A stretch of 63,529 bases of DNA, filler included, from Rhizaria sp. SCN 62-66 (Eukaryota), in NCBI GenBank assembly GCA_001724265.1. It is 3 parts of 3 records of this genome, joined end to end, with 100 filler letters (N's around TTAATTAATTAA, not from the genome) between each part and the next. Parts side by side here need not be neighbours in the genome. Positions count along the whole stretch, not along the records: positions 1 to 27,552 come from MEDY01000403.1; positions 27,653 to 55,070 come from MEDY01000404.1; 1 more part is not named here. One strand, written 5' to 3'. Of the stretch, positions 23,131-33,663 are shown piece by piece (the first letter of the stretch is position 1; each line of letters begins with the position of its first letter). The notes under the pieces were generated by a model. It was not told where the DNA came from. It saw nothing but the letters and a program-made list of their open reading frames with translations, and searched no databases. Both the position numbers and the translations under genes were made by a program.

Positions 23131-25363
23131 TTAGACGTACTTGTCAGGAACCCACTTCATGGCGGCCATGGGCGGGCGCACGTAGTCCTGGCAGTGCTTG
23201 CGCGGGGGCAGGATCGAGGCCTGAGGAGTCAGGTCCTGGTACGGGATCGACGACAGGAAGTGCGAGATACAGTTGAGACTAAACAAATAAAGCAAACAAA
23301 GAAGAAGACAAAAAAGGACACAAAATGAGAAGCATGTGAGAGGTGAGTTTAAACAATAAAAGCAGACAAAAAAAAATGAACCTGACATTTTAAGTGAAGC
23401 ATGAGTGATGAATCATCGTGGGATCGTACCGAGCGAGCTTCTTGTTGTCGGCGTGGACGTGGACCCAGGGCGCAGTGTCAGAGTCGGTGAACTTAAGCAT
23501 GTCGTCCTTGGCCTTCGAGTACTCGACCCAGCGGTTGCGCGACTCGATATCCATGGGGGAGAGCTTCCAGCGCTTGGTCGAATCGTCCATGCGGGACTGG
23601 AACCGCTTCTCCTGCACGTCATCTGAGACGGAAAACCAGTACTTGAGCAGGAGGATGCCTGAGCGGATGATCATCTCCTCGAAGATGGGGCACGAGTGCA
23701 TGAACTCACGGTACTCCTCGTCGGAGCAAAAGTCCATCACGCGCTCGACGCCGCCGCGGTTGTACCACGAGCGGTCGAACAGCACGATCTCACCGGCGGC
23801 AGGCAGGTGCGAGATGTAGCGCTGGAAGTACCACTGCGTGCGCTCGCGCTCCGTGGGCGTGCCCAGTGCCACGACGCGGCAGATACGCGGGTTGAGCTTC
23901 TCCAGCACACGCTTGATCACACCACCCTTGCCGGCGGCGTCGCGGCCCTCGAAGATGACGACGACCTTGAGGCCCTTGTGCTTGACCCAGGCCTGGAGCT
24001 TCACGAGCTCGACCTGTAGCGCGGCCAGCTCGGCCTCGTACGCAGAGCTGCGCTTCGCCTTGGCCATGCGCGTGATGTTGATCTGGCCGGGCAGCAGAGG
24101 GCGCACCATGCCGGGTGCAATCGCAGGTACGAGCTGCTCGTACTTGGCGGCGGCGCAGTCGTCGACGGCGGCCTCCTTGTTCTCGGTCCCAGCGCCGCTG
24201 GCCGCAGTGGAGTTGGCGGAAGGGTTCTGCAGAAGTTCCGCGAGAGCGGCCTGCGCAGCGGCGGCCTCGGCGGCCTTCTTCTCCTTCTTCTTGTTGGCGC
24301 GCTTCTTCTTCTTGTCCGCCTTCTTGGCCTTCTTGCCCTTCTTCTTGCCATCCTTGTCCTTGTTGTTGCCGCCGGCGGTGGACTCTGTGGCGCCAGCCTC
24401 GGCGGGGGCATCGTCGTCCTCGTCGTCGTCCTCGTCCTCATCGTCCTCGTCTTCGCCTTCCTCGCCCTCAGACTGCGCAGTCGCCTCGGAGTCGGGCGCG
24501 CGCGCGATGTGCTTCTTGTCCTTCTTACCGCCCTTCTTGCCTTTCTTCTTGCCGCCGACCTCGTCGTCGTCACCGTCGTCATCGTCATCGCCGTTCAAGC
24601 CAGCGCCGGCGCGCTCGAGCCACTCGGCGCCGCCGACGCGGCCGCCCATGACGCCGCCGACGGGGGAAGCAACGCCCGACAGCGTGGACTCTGCGCCGCG
24701 GCCAGACTTCTTCAGCGCGGCGGCCGCCTTCTCGGCCTTCTTGTCCTTGTTCTTCTTCTCAAGCTCCGCCGCGGCGACGCGCTGCGCCTCCGGGGGCAGC
24801 GCGGCGGCGGGCAGGAACTGGTAGCCCAGCACGGGGTCGTAGACGAGCACCTGGAGGCCCTTCTTGTCCTTCTTGCCCTCCTTCTTGTCGCCCTTCTTCC
24901 CGTCCTTGCCCTTCTTGTTGCCGTCGGGCAGCGCGTATGAGTGCGAGGTCGCTGCAATGGGCGCCGCGGCCGCTGCGGCGGCGACGGAGGAGTTCTTGAC
25001 AGGCTTGCCGTCAGCAGTGACGGTGGCGTCATCTTCGGAGTCGCTGCGCATGCGAAGCATGTCGCCGTCGTCGTCCTCTTCATCGTCGTCGTCGCTCGCG
25101 CCGCCCTCCTGGTGCATGTAGCGGTTCACCAGCTCGGGGTTCTGGCGTAAGAACTCGAGCGAGCGCTGCTGCTTACGGAGTTCCTTGTTGCGCTTCTTCT
25201 CCGCCTTCTTCACGGCCTTGTCCTCCTTGGACTTCTTAATCTTGTTGCCCTTGCCCTTGCCTTCCTCCATGGGCAGCGCTGGCGCCGGCATAGACGCCGG
25301 CGGCACCACAGCCTCGACAGGAACAACGGGAACGGCCGAATCCTCAGCCAAATGGGAAGACAT
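23131..25363 (-). CDS. ppk2: Polyphosphate kinase 2 (single-domain, class I-like) with long Lys/Asp/Glu-rich N-terminal extension; exons 25363-23430, 23278-23131
   Basis: FEGRDAAGKGG (Walker A), WYFQRY, LFDRSWYNR (Walker B), KYWFSVS, WKLSPMD, APW; splicing GTACGA..TAG restores KLAR-LNCISHFLSSIPY; ends TAA. Confidence 0.95.
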
Positions 25364-26732
25364 GACCTAAAGCGGGAAGGATAAGGTTGCGAAAGACATG
25401 AGGGAAAATGAGCGCAGTTACGAGAGCGGATGAAACGGTTAGAGGGTGTCATTTACTCGGAGTTTCCAAATGGCACGTTTTGTTTGGCATCGCAAAGTAT
25501 CGTCCCGGATTCTGCTTCGTATACGACAAAATAAACGGTTATGAAAAATGAAACATGATTGCGAGAGCACATTTCCATTGGAACAAAACAATTTTGTTGA
25601 ATTCAGGTACGTTACGGATGAGATAACTGAAATTCCGATTGCATCTTTCCGTCCTACCGCTACCTAGCTGATTTTTTTCGGTCCTGCTGCCGCAACCACA
25701 ATTGTGTCTCTGTCTGTCCCTCACAAGTGCCGACAATATGTATTTTTAGACAGCGCACGTGATTATTCGCTAAAGCAAAAGATTTGCTCGAATATGAATT
25801 CAGATGTGGTTTTCGTAATCATCAACAGGAAAATCATCTGCACTGATGTAGTACGTACAACTGAGACACAGAGTGTGCCTGCACAGTGCATCATGCGGCT
25901 CTTGCGGTCACCGGTGCGACCTCGCTTGTTAAAGAGCTCTCGAGCAGTAAGCCGCTGTCACTTGGGGGCAAGCAAGGCGAGCGACGACTGCGCAGCAGCA
26001 ACCAGCCTCAGCGAACGAACGCGCGGTAACACCGGACGACACAGGCACAAGGTTCAGGTGTTTGATCCTCCTCGCGTCAGCAGTGGCAAACCCATTACCT
26101 CTGGGTGAAGGGGGGCTTGTACCTCAGCGCTGTGCCAAGCTCAAAGCGCACTGCCATGCGTTGTAGATGCGGTGGACGGGTGGGTCGTGACGCTGCACGA
26201 GGAACGGTAGAAATATGTTCTTTAAGCCGCAAGTGCAAGTCACAACGCGGCATGCATCCATTATAGCACGTTGGTGGGTGATGTTGAGCTCTGCGTGGTG
26301 GTGGGGACTGCGGTCGTAACTTTCCGGTGCGTAACAGTTCTTCGTAACAGTTTTTCATTCACAACGGCGTGGCGATGAAGCAACGCTCTCGTGAGCCTAC
26401 AAAAGAGGCTTGAATCACACCATTGCAACTTGGAAAATGGCACAAGGAAACGCAATATGAAAGTCATAAAGCGCAGCGCTGTATCCTGACACGTATAAAG
26501 TGCCCCAAATCGCGACTGCAGAGACGAAGGGCAGGCGAAGATGTTGGTGTCGTGGATATCTCTGCCCATGTACACGCTCATTCTAAATCAAAAGAGCACT
26601 TAGCAAAATTTCCAAATAGAATATGTCCGTATATATTCATGTGTAGACGCACATGCAAAGATTGTCGTAAATCTCATCGTACACAGCTAAATAACAAAAT
26701 CACTACGTTTATGTGGTCGGACGGCCACCCAC

Positions 26733-26748
26733 TGACCGTGAGCAGCGG
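26733..26748 (+). promoter_or_regulatory. Recurrent upstream motif TGACCGTGAGCA(GCGG)
   Basis: Same 12-mer at 30792, 35367 and 37000; lies ~150 bp before ATG 26892. Confidence 0.55.
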
Positions 26749-26891
26749 CGGCCCTTAGTGGTGCCCTTAAGGGCCAAGCTCTCTTCCAGTGTGGCAAGCT
26801 CGACCGAGGCCTGCTCGGTCAGGACAAACTTAGAGGTCCTCTATTTGTGCTGAACTCAGATCGCTCGTCGATTTTGATTCCACCTGTGTAG

Positions 26892-27552
26892 ATGAAGGTC
26901 ATCCTTTTCATCCTGGCTCTTTTCGCCGCCTTCTCCTATGCCTCTACGGTACGTAATCATCCCTTTTTCATTCGGCCAACCCTCTCCTTTGGAGTTAGCC
27001 CGAACTTCCCTTGTTTACCTCCTGCCTGCTTCTCCAAGACCCTCCAAGTCAGTTTACTCTTTTGGATAAGAGACTTTATTGGGTAGCATGCTTGTACAGA
27101 GACACTGCACTCTCTTTGACTTGCTGTATCATGCTAGAGAAGGGTAAACAAAAACGCCCACCTTCCGATGGGGCCCTTCCCCTCTGCCCACCTTCCACCC
27201 CTTTGTTGAGCGCCAAACCCCACAAACGAGCGCCATCCAACCGACTAAGTGAGTCTTTCCAACCTTAGGATCCGTTCCAAGCCGGTGCCATCCACTGTGC
27301 ATCGGTTTCTGAAGCAATCTAAGCCTTGGAAAAATCCGTCCCGCCTCCTTCACCCTCTTTCTCTCCTCACCCTCTTCTCATGCCTTCAAACACCCACTCA
27401 CTCTTTCTCCCGCTCCTTCCTTCTTCACTCTTCATCAACTACAGGTTCAGGGTTGCAACCCTGTGTGCAAGTGGCAGTGCGACGACCCGGCTTGCCCGGC
27501 CGTGTGCCACCCCATCTGCGCCCGCCCCAAGTGCCAGATGCAGTGCGAGGAG
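26892..27552 (+). CDS. Secreted cysteine-rich repeat protein, 5' part truncated by gap; exons 26892-26948, 27445-27552
   Basis: Signal peptide MKVILFILALFAAFSYAST, GTACGT..CAG intron, then VQGCNPVCKWQCDDPACPAVCHPICARPKCQMQCEE. Confidence 0.8.
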
Positions 27553-27652
27553 NNNNNNNNNNNNNNNNNNNNNNNNNNNNNNNNNNNNNNNNNNNNTTAA
27601 TTAATTAANNNNNNNNNNNNNNNNNNNNNNNNNNNNNNNNNNNNNNNNNNNN
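27553..27652. other. Assembly gap with artificial six-frame stop linker
   Basis: 100-nt block of Ns with TTAATTAATTAA at 27597-27608. Confidence 0.95.
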
Positions 27653-27896
27653 ACCGTCAAGGGCTCCTTCGCCACCCGCATCCGCCCTTCCCGCCGTGCC
27701 GTCACCAAGCGCCGTGCCACCCTCTCCCTCCGCCGCTACCGGTAAGCGAAAGGTCGTCACTCGTCGCAAGGCTGCTTCTGCACGTCGTCGCTCTTGCTTT
27801 CGTCGTCGTTCTCGCCTTTACCGGCGTCTGCGTGGACAAAGCAGGGCGGCGGCTGCAAGGGCAAAGACTTCCCGCGGCCGTTGTGCGCTGCTGTGA
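27653..27896 (+). CDS. Arg-rich C-terminal coding fragment (frame ambiguous)
   Basis: TVKGSFATRIRPSRRAVTKRRATLSLRRYR-TAA (27653-27745) in preferred codons; Arg-rich sequence continues in another frame to TGA 27896. Confidence 0.4.
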
Positions 27897-28196
27897 GTCT
27901 GAAGCGTCTCAACCGCGCTCCAGGCGCACACTGTGTGCGTCGGTTTAAGACAATACAAAACTCGTTTTCAAACATTTCATATTGCTTTTATATTTATCTT
28001 TGTATTGACTCTGAACATGCTTGGAATGCGCTTGTTATTCTGTCCTCATGTCTGTCATGTTCGGGAAGGCTTCCGTTGTGCTGCTGCTGCGCGAGTGAAG
28101 AGGTCGAGCGAGCAGTTTACGGAGATTGATTATAACTCGTTGAAACATCCGTTGTTATCGCTCTGCTAGCGGTACCGCACAGTTGAGATTTCAAAC

Positions 28197-29606
28197 ATGA
28201 GTGATTCAACCCCCGAAGTTCCCCCCGAGCTCGAGCAGCTGCGCGATATCGTGTCCTATCTCGAGCACTCGAACAGCGCAGTGCGCCAGCAGGCGCTGGA
28301 GATCATGCAGAACTTCTCCATCGAGGAGTCCCACATCAAGGCGCTTATTTCCTTCGGCGTGCTGAAGCCGACCGTTGCGCTCATCGCGGACAAGTCGCTG
28401 GACGTGTCCTCCGCGGCGCTCAACACGCTGATCAACTTCTCCGCCGGCGACGAGGACTGCGTGCAAGCGATGCTCGACGCCGGCGCAGTGAACCTGCTCG
28501 TCGAGTACCTCATCCAGGCCGTCAACCTGCGTTCCCCGCTGCTCGCGCTTATGCTGCTCGTGAACCTCACCCGCGGCGAGCCGGGTGTGCGCGCGCTGAT
28601 GCAGGACGGCAAGGCCTACGAGGGGCTCCACGTCACGCGCCTCATCCGCTGGTTCGCTGACCCCGCGCTGAGGCCGCTGGCCCGCGCCGGCGCAGACGTC
28701 GTCGACGCCGAGGCCGCGGCCGCCGAGGGCGACGACTGGGCGTACGCGGGCGACGTGCTGGCGAACCTCTCGCAGCTGCTCTCTTTCCGCGCGCTCGTGT
28801 GCGACCCCAAGCGTGCGCTGCTGGCCACGCTGCGCTCCCAACTCTCCTCCGCCAACGCGCAGCGCCGCACGGCCGTCATGCGCATCCTGCACAACGTGTC
28901 CAACGACGCCGACAAGCACGCGCTGCTGCTGGATCCCGCCACGGGGTACTGGCCCGTCGTGGTCTCGCTCATCATCTCCGCCGACCCCGAGGGCTGCATC
29001 GACGAAGAGGACCGCGCGCCGATGCTGCCCGAGGTCCGCGCCATGTACGCCAACCCCGCCAAGCGCGCGGACGCGGACGGCGGCGTGCGCACGCTGGTGT
29101 ACGAGACGATGCTGAACCTGGTGCGCAACGCGCCGTCGCGCGCCTACCTGCGCGCGACCCACACGTACCACACACTCCGCGAGGCGCACAAGCACGAGCG
29201 CGCGGTCGAGAACGAGCGCAACGACCTGCTGCTTGAGGACGACCTGGTGCCCTTCTTTATTCTCGACGACGACGCGCCCGCGCCGGGGGAAAAGGGCGAC
29301 AAGGCGGGCGCGGCTGAGACGGCGCTCGCGCTGCTGCGGCGCCAGGCAAAGGGACTCTCGCTCGCCGAGGCCGAGGCGGAACTCAAGGCGCACAGGGAGG
29401 CCGAGGCCGCCGCCGCGCTCGATCCCCTTATGCAGCAGCTCGGGCTCGGCGACATCGGTGCCAGTGCGGACAAGAGCGGTGCTGAGGGCGAGAGCAAGCC
29501 TCCTCGCAAGCACGCGGCCGCGGTGGCCGAGATGGACGAGGACGACGAGTTCGCCATGGCCGCGCGCTATAACGAGGTTATGCAGGCGCAGGAGGGCCGC
29601 AAGTGA
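28197..29606 (+). CDS. HGH1: HGH1 homolog (ARM-repeat eEF2 chaperone)
   Basis: VRQQAL, ALNTLINFS, MLLVNLTR, YAGDVLANLSQ, RRTAV..ILHN, DEED, RAYLR...Y..LREAHK match the HGH1 pattern; single exon; ends TGA. Confidence 0.8.
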   Translation: MSDSTPEVPPELEQLRDIVSYLEHSNSAVRQQALEIMQNFSIEESHIKALISFGVLKPTVALIADKSLDVSSAALNTLINFSAGDEDCVQAMLDAGAVNLLVEYLIQAVNLRSPLLALMLLVNLTRGEPGVRALMQDGKAYEGLHVTRLIRWFADPALRPLARAGADVVDAEAAAAEGDDWAYAGDVLANLSQLLSFRALVCDPKRALLATLRSQLSSANAQRRTAVMRILHNVSNDADKHALLLDPATGYWPVVVSLIISADPEGCIDEEDRAPMLPEVRAMYANPAKRADADGGVRTLVYETMLNLVRNAPSRAYLRATHTYHTLREAHKHERAVENERNDLLLEDDLVPFFILDDDAPAPGEKGDKAGAAETALALLRRQAKGLSLAEAEAELKAHREAEAAAALDPLMQQLGLGDIGASADKSGAEGESKPPRKHAAAVAEMDEDDEFAMAARYNEVMQAQEGRK

Positions 29607-30096
29607 GCGAGTTTATTAGCAAGAACTGCTTCGTAACTCGTGACGATGCGACTGTGAGCTCAGGTGAAGTAACTGAAGCATATGAATGTATGTGTAGGGT
29701 CAGACCTCTTTAGTCTCGATATATCATTAATACAAAAGACAAGACGTTTAATCGTGTTAATAAACGATTTTTTATGTGTATTATTTAATAAATTTTGTTA
29801 ATAATAGCAACAAATGTGATTTGGATGAAAGTTGGCTTCAGAGATACAAAGTCTCTTGCTCACTCCTCTCTGCACTCTGTTGGAATAAAATAGAATAATG
29901 GGGAACAAACAAACAGGACGGAAGTCAGCACTTTCGCGGTCGTTCGATATCGAAACCACCCGCAGTTATGTGCTGTGTGATGCTGTGTGTCAGTCCCCCG
30001 CTAGGTAAAAAACGAAGCAGTTCATCGATTATAGTTTCAACTGCCTGACAGAAATAACGCCTTGACGTTGACGCAAACGATCGCATGCACGTTCGC

Positions 30097-30585
30097 TTAC
30101 TTAGCCTCGGGAGCAGCGGCCTTGACGAGGGGCACGCCGCCAAAGATGACGGAGCGGTCGAGCGTGTAACGCTCGCGACGCAGCGACTGCTTGACCTTCT
30201 TCTCGGCGATCGCGACGACCTTCATGCGCTCCATGGTGGCCTTGCGGCGCGTGAGCGCGTTGTGGAACTCGCGCATGCGCGTCTCGACGCGGGCCTGAAA
30301 CTCGCGGTTGCGCTCCGTGCGGCGCGCAGTGCGGCCGCGGTTACCACCCTGGTTGTGGAGAGCGACGGAGTAGGCGACGCGCTCAGTGTACGAGAGGTCG
30401 TCGACAGTGAGCTTGCGGTTCACGACGTCCACGATGCGGGGGAACTTGCTCGCGATGACCTTGTCGTACATCTGCGTAGCGCCAGCGGCGGAGAAGGACG
30501 CGCTGGGAACAGCGACGGGGGCGGAGATGGCGAGAGGGCGCATCAGGGAGGCGATGGCCTTCGCAGAGCGAACCTGGCCAAGCAT
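30097..30585 (-). CDS. Small basic protein with probable mitochondrial presequence (mitoribosomal candidate)
   Basis: 162-aa ORF with strong codon bias; acid-free R/S/A-rich N-terminus; R/K-rich helical body; ends TAA. Confidence 0.7.
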   Translation of the reverse strand: MLGQVRSAKAIASLMRPLAISAPVAVPSASFSAAGATQMYDKVIASKFPRIVDVVNRKLTVDDLSYTERVAYSVALHNQGGNRGRTARRTERNREFQARVETRMREFHNALTRRKATMERMKVVAIAEKKVKQSLRRERYTLDRSVIFGGVPLVKAAAPEAK

Positions 30586-30791
30586 GGTGCTCTACTGTCT
30601 GAGTAGGCGGCGAAACAACACGCAGAGTGGAGGCAAAACAGAAATTGGTGAGAGAAGGAAATTCTGACGAAATATTTTATATACTGTCCTGTCCGGAGCA
30701 AATATCGTAATGACTAAACAACCGCTGTCGAGTTCGAAAAGTGAACTGCCGATTCTATGACTGATGAAGTGCGACCCTCGCTCGGCCCTAG

Positions 30792-30804
30792 TGACCGTGA
30801 GCAG
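30792..30804 (+). promoter_or_regulatory. Recurrent upstream motif TGACCGTGAGCAG
   Basis: ~200 bp upstream of minus-strand ATG 30585. Confidence 0.55.
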
Positions 30805-30938
30805 TGGTCCTTTGGCGTCCAGTCAACACGACCGTCGTGAGTGTAAAACAACTTAAACGTCTTGTATGATGTCTATCTATCACATTAAAATTAAGTGCAT
30901 AGCATCTCTATATAACTAATGTACTATATATCTAAGAT

Positions 30939-32879
30939 TTACTTTGTCTGCTTTCCAAACGAGAACTTGGCAGGCATTCGCGCGAGCCTCGCCGTGAGCA
31001 TCTCGATGTCAATCTCGTCCTCCGCTCCCGTTGGCAGCGGGCTGTCTGTCCGCACATCCGCAGCTGCAGCGCCATTGTGAGCGCCAGCAATAAATGTTGT
31101 CATTGCAGGCCGCGGTGAATAGAGCGTTGACAACGGAGCGTCGCAGCCGGCGTATTCGCGCTCGAGATCAGCCATGGACCGCTGCTGTGTTGACCGCTGA
31201 ACTGACTGTGATGCCGACTGGGACTGAGACTGTGACTGTGGCGAGAGACTATAAGCAGCGGAGGCCTTGCGCTGGGCGCGGACTGAGGCTGGCACGAACG
31301 CGAACACCGACCGCGGGGTCTGTGAAGCTTGGTTCTGGGTCGGAACTTGTTGTTGTTGCTCTTGCTTTCGCTGCACGACACCGCCAGAGTCCTTCGCGTC
31401 GCTGTAGTCGTCGTTGTGAACATGTTCGCTGTCGCCCATTGTGCTTTCAGCGGCGCCAGCTGAGCTACTCGCAGTTGTGTCTCCCGCAGCATTGTCCGTC
31501 GCAGCGTCAGTAATGCCGAGTTTGCGCTCAGCCTCGCGCTTCATCCGCCGGCGCTCGCGCGCACTGACGCCCGCAGCCCCAACAGCACCAGTTTCAGTCG
31601 CACCAACACCGGCAGTTGCAGTTGCGCTTGCGTCGTCACTCATGGCGCTCACTGGCGCTGACGCTGGCGCCGTCGTCTTCACGGCGGGCATAGTTGCTGT
31701 TGGTTTAGTGACTATCGGAAATGCAACAGCGCCCATCGCCGCAGCCGCAGTCGCGGGACCAGCAGCAGCGGCAGCAGCAAACCGGCCGCTGGCGCCTACT
31801 GCCGGCGCAGTCGCCTCGGTCGGCACCCACTGGCCCTGCGCCGCGCCGAAGCGACCGTGGGCACCGGGCTTCGCAGAGTGACCGTGGGCACCAGAGTGAC
31901 CGTGGGTCGCAGAGTGACCGTGACCGTGGGCAGCAGTAGAGTGACCGTGAGCAGGAGCAGCCTGACTATCACTGCGACTGCTTTGACTGGCGACAGGGTG
32001 CCCGTGTCGCAACGTATACCCCTTTGGGTAGAAATGGACTGTCACTAGATGCTCGTCGCGCTGCCGCTCGCGCCAGAACGCGGTGGCGCAGCCCTCGGCG
32101 ACGCACTCGTACATGCGCCGCGCGCGCGCGTAGACCGCGAACGCGGCGGCGTCGTGCGCTTCCGCGAAGTGCTGCGAGAGTGCGCGCGCCGACGGGAAGC
32201 AGCGCGGGCACGCGCGGCAGCGGTGCGCGTGCCGCAGCGAGTAGTGCGCGCTCGCCGCGGCAAGGGACGAGAACAAGGCGGGACACGAGGGCAGCAGACA
32301 CGCGTGTTGTTGTTCTGGAGCAGCAACGGCAAAAACAACAGGAACAGCAGTTGATGCAGCTGAGTTTGTCGACGTCGGCACTGTTGTCATTGTCACGTCG
32401 GTAGATGCATTAGTTCCTTCAACGCATATGCTAGAAGACGGACATGCTGTTTTGACTGTTGTCGTGGCCGTTGCGGACCAGGAGTCGGCGTGCCGCTCGC
32501 GGGCGCTGTTGCCATCAGCGAAGAAGGGCGACGAAAACAGCGTCACCCGGTGCGATAGCGCTGAAAAGCGTTTGCTATGTAGCTCGGGCGGCGCGGTGCA
32601 GCGGCGCAAACGTGAGATAACACCAAAGCCGCGCAGGACGGAACCTGATGAGGCAGCAGAGGGCGCAGTTGCCGCTGCTCCAGATGTCGTCTCATTCGAA
32701 GACGCTGTTGCCGCCGTGCCTTCACGTGTTGCAGCGGAATATAATTTGATTGCAGGGGTGTTTGAAGACTGTGAGGGCGTGCAAAGCCATGGGGCAAGAT
32801 ACGAATTTGGTGGGCGTCGCGGGAGAGGTGCTGGGTGAAGGACAGCAGCCGGAGGCGCACTCGTCGGGATGCGAGACAT
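30939..32879 (-). CDS. ZNF511-like C2H2 zinc-finger protein
   Basis: CLLPSC..F....HY...H..RCRACPRCFPSARALSQHFAEAHD..MYECVAEGC..F....RDEHLVTVHFYP, the three-finger ZNF511 pattern; ends TAA. Confidence 0.8.
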   Translation of the reverse strand: MSRIPTSAPPAAVLHPAPLPRRPPNSYLAPWLCTPSQSSNTPAIKLYSAATREGTAATASSNETTSGAAATAPSAASSGSVLRGFGVISRLRRCTAPPELHSKRFSALSHRVTLFSSPFFADGNSARERHADSWSATATTTVKTACPSSSICVEGTNASTDVTMTTVPTSTNSAASTAVPVVFAVAAPEQQHACLLPSCPALFSSLAAASAHYSLRHAHRCRACPRCFPSARALSQHFAEAHDAAAFAVYARARRMYECVAEGCATAFWRERQRDEHLVTVHFYPKGYTLRHGHPVASQSSRSDSQAAPAHGHSTAAHGHGHSATHGHSGAHGHSAKPGAHGRFGAAQGQWVPTEATAPAVGASGRFAAAAAAGPATAAAAMGAVAFPIVTKPTATMPAVKTTAPASAPVSAMSDDASATATAGVGATETGAVGAAGVSARERRRMKREAERKLGITDAATDNAAGDTTASSSAGAAESTMGDSEHVHNDDYSDAKDSGGVVQRKQEQQQQVPTQNQASQTPRSVFAFVPASVRAQRKASAAYSLSPQSQSQSQSASQSVQRSTQQRSMADLEREYAGCDAPLSTLYSPRPAMTTFIAGAHNGAAAADVRTDSPLPTGAEDEIDIEMLTARLARMPAKFSFGKQTK

Positions 32880-33663
32880 CCGTTGGGAAGAGTCAAAGCC
32901 ACACCGAGGGCTGAATCAAGGCTAAAACAAGGCTATGGAAAATATAAAACAAGGAAATTAATTGTTGCGTACTATTATCTTATGAGTCTAAGTTAAAGCT
33001 CTAACAACGGAAGTTATACATGCAGTTTAATTAGTGACTTTCTTGGCCCCAGTTCAAAGTCTGTTCGCGACGAGAGTTACAACCACAAAAATATGGAACG
33101 AAGCGGAATCCTCGCTGTATCGCAATCCTCAGCTTTCATATGCGAAATCTAATCGGTAACAAGTGTATTATACATGAATGAAAACAGCCTGAACCAGTGT
33201 CAGCAGCAAATACACATACATACAGGGACATATCTTTAGACCTGACACTACGCAGCGAGTGACAGAATCTGTTGTCCATACATGTCATGTCTCAATGATG
33301 ATGCTGTGTCACTTTCATAACAGTCTGTTTCACACGACTTCATCAACACTCGTAATCTGTCGCACATATCGACAACAACAAACAGCAAACTTTGCCAACA
33401 ACAATCACACTATTTAACTAAGTATCATAGCCCTCTCACTCTAAACCATTCATGGCTCTCTTATAGTTCTTTCTAAATAACAGTCTTTGCAACGTACAAC
33501 AGCAGCAAGAAGAATCGCAAAAAATACTCATTCACGACAAAACACAATACGATTTACTCACTCTGCATGCAACGGCTCCCATTACACTCAATGCACTCTT
33601 TCTGCACTAGTGCTACGTTGACGCATGTCACACGCACGCGAACTTGCTCCCCGAGCGTCCGCC

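Noticed and set aside
25700-26700. Possible gene between PPK2 and the Cys-rich gene
   Set aside because: Only short interrupted frames with no recognisable motif or splice pattern
27597-27608. TTAATTAATTAA palindrome (also 55115-55126)
   Set aside because: Centred in 100-nt N blocks; an artificial six-frame stop linker, not biology
31850-31956. Short direct repeats as a CRISPR-like array
   Set aside because: In-frame coding repeats (AHGHS) with tiny spacers in a eukaryotic gene; no cas genes
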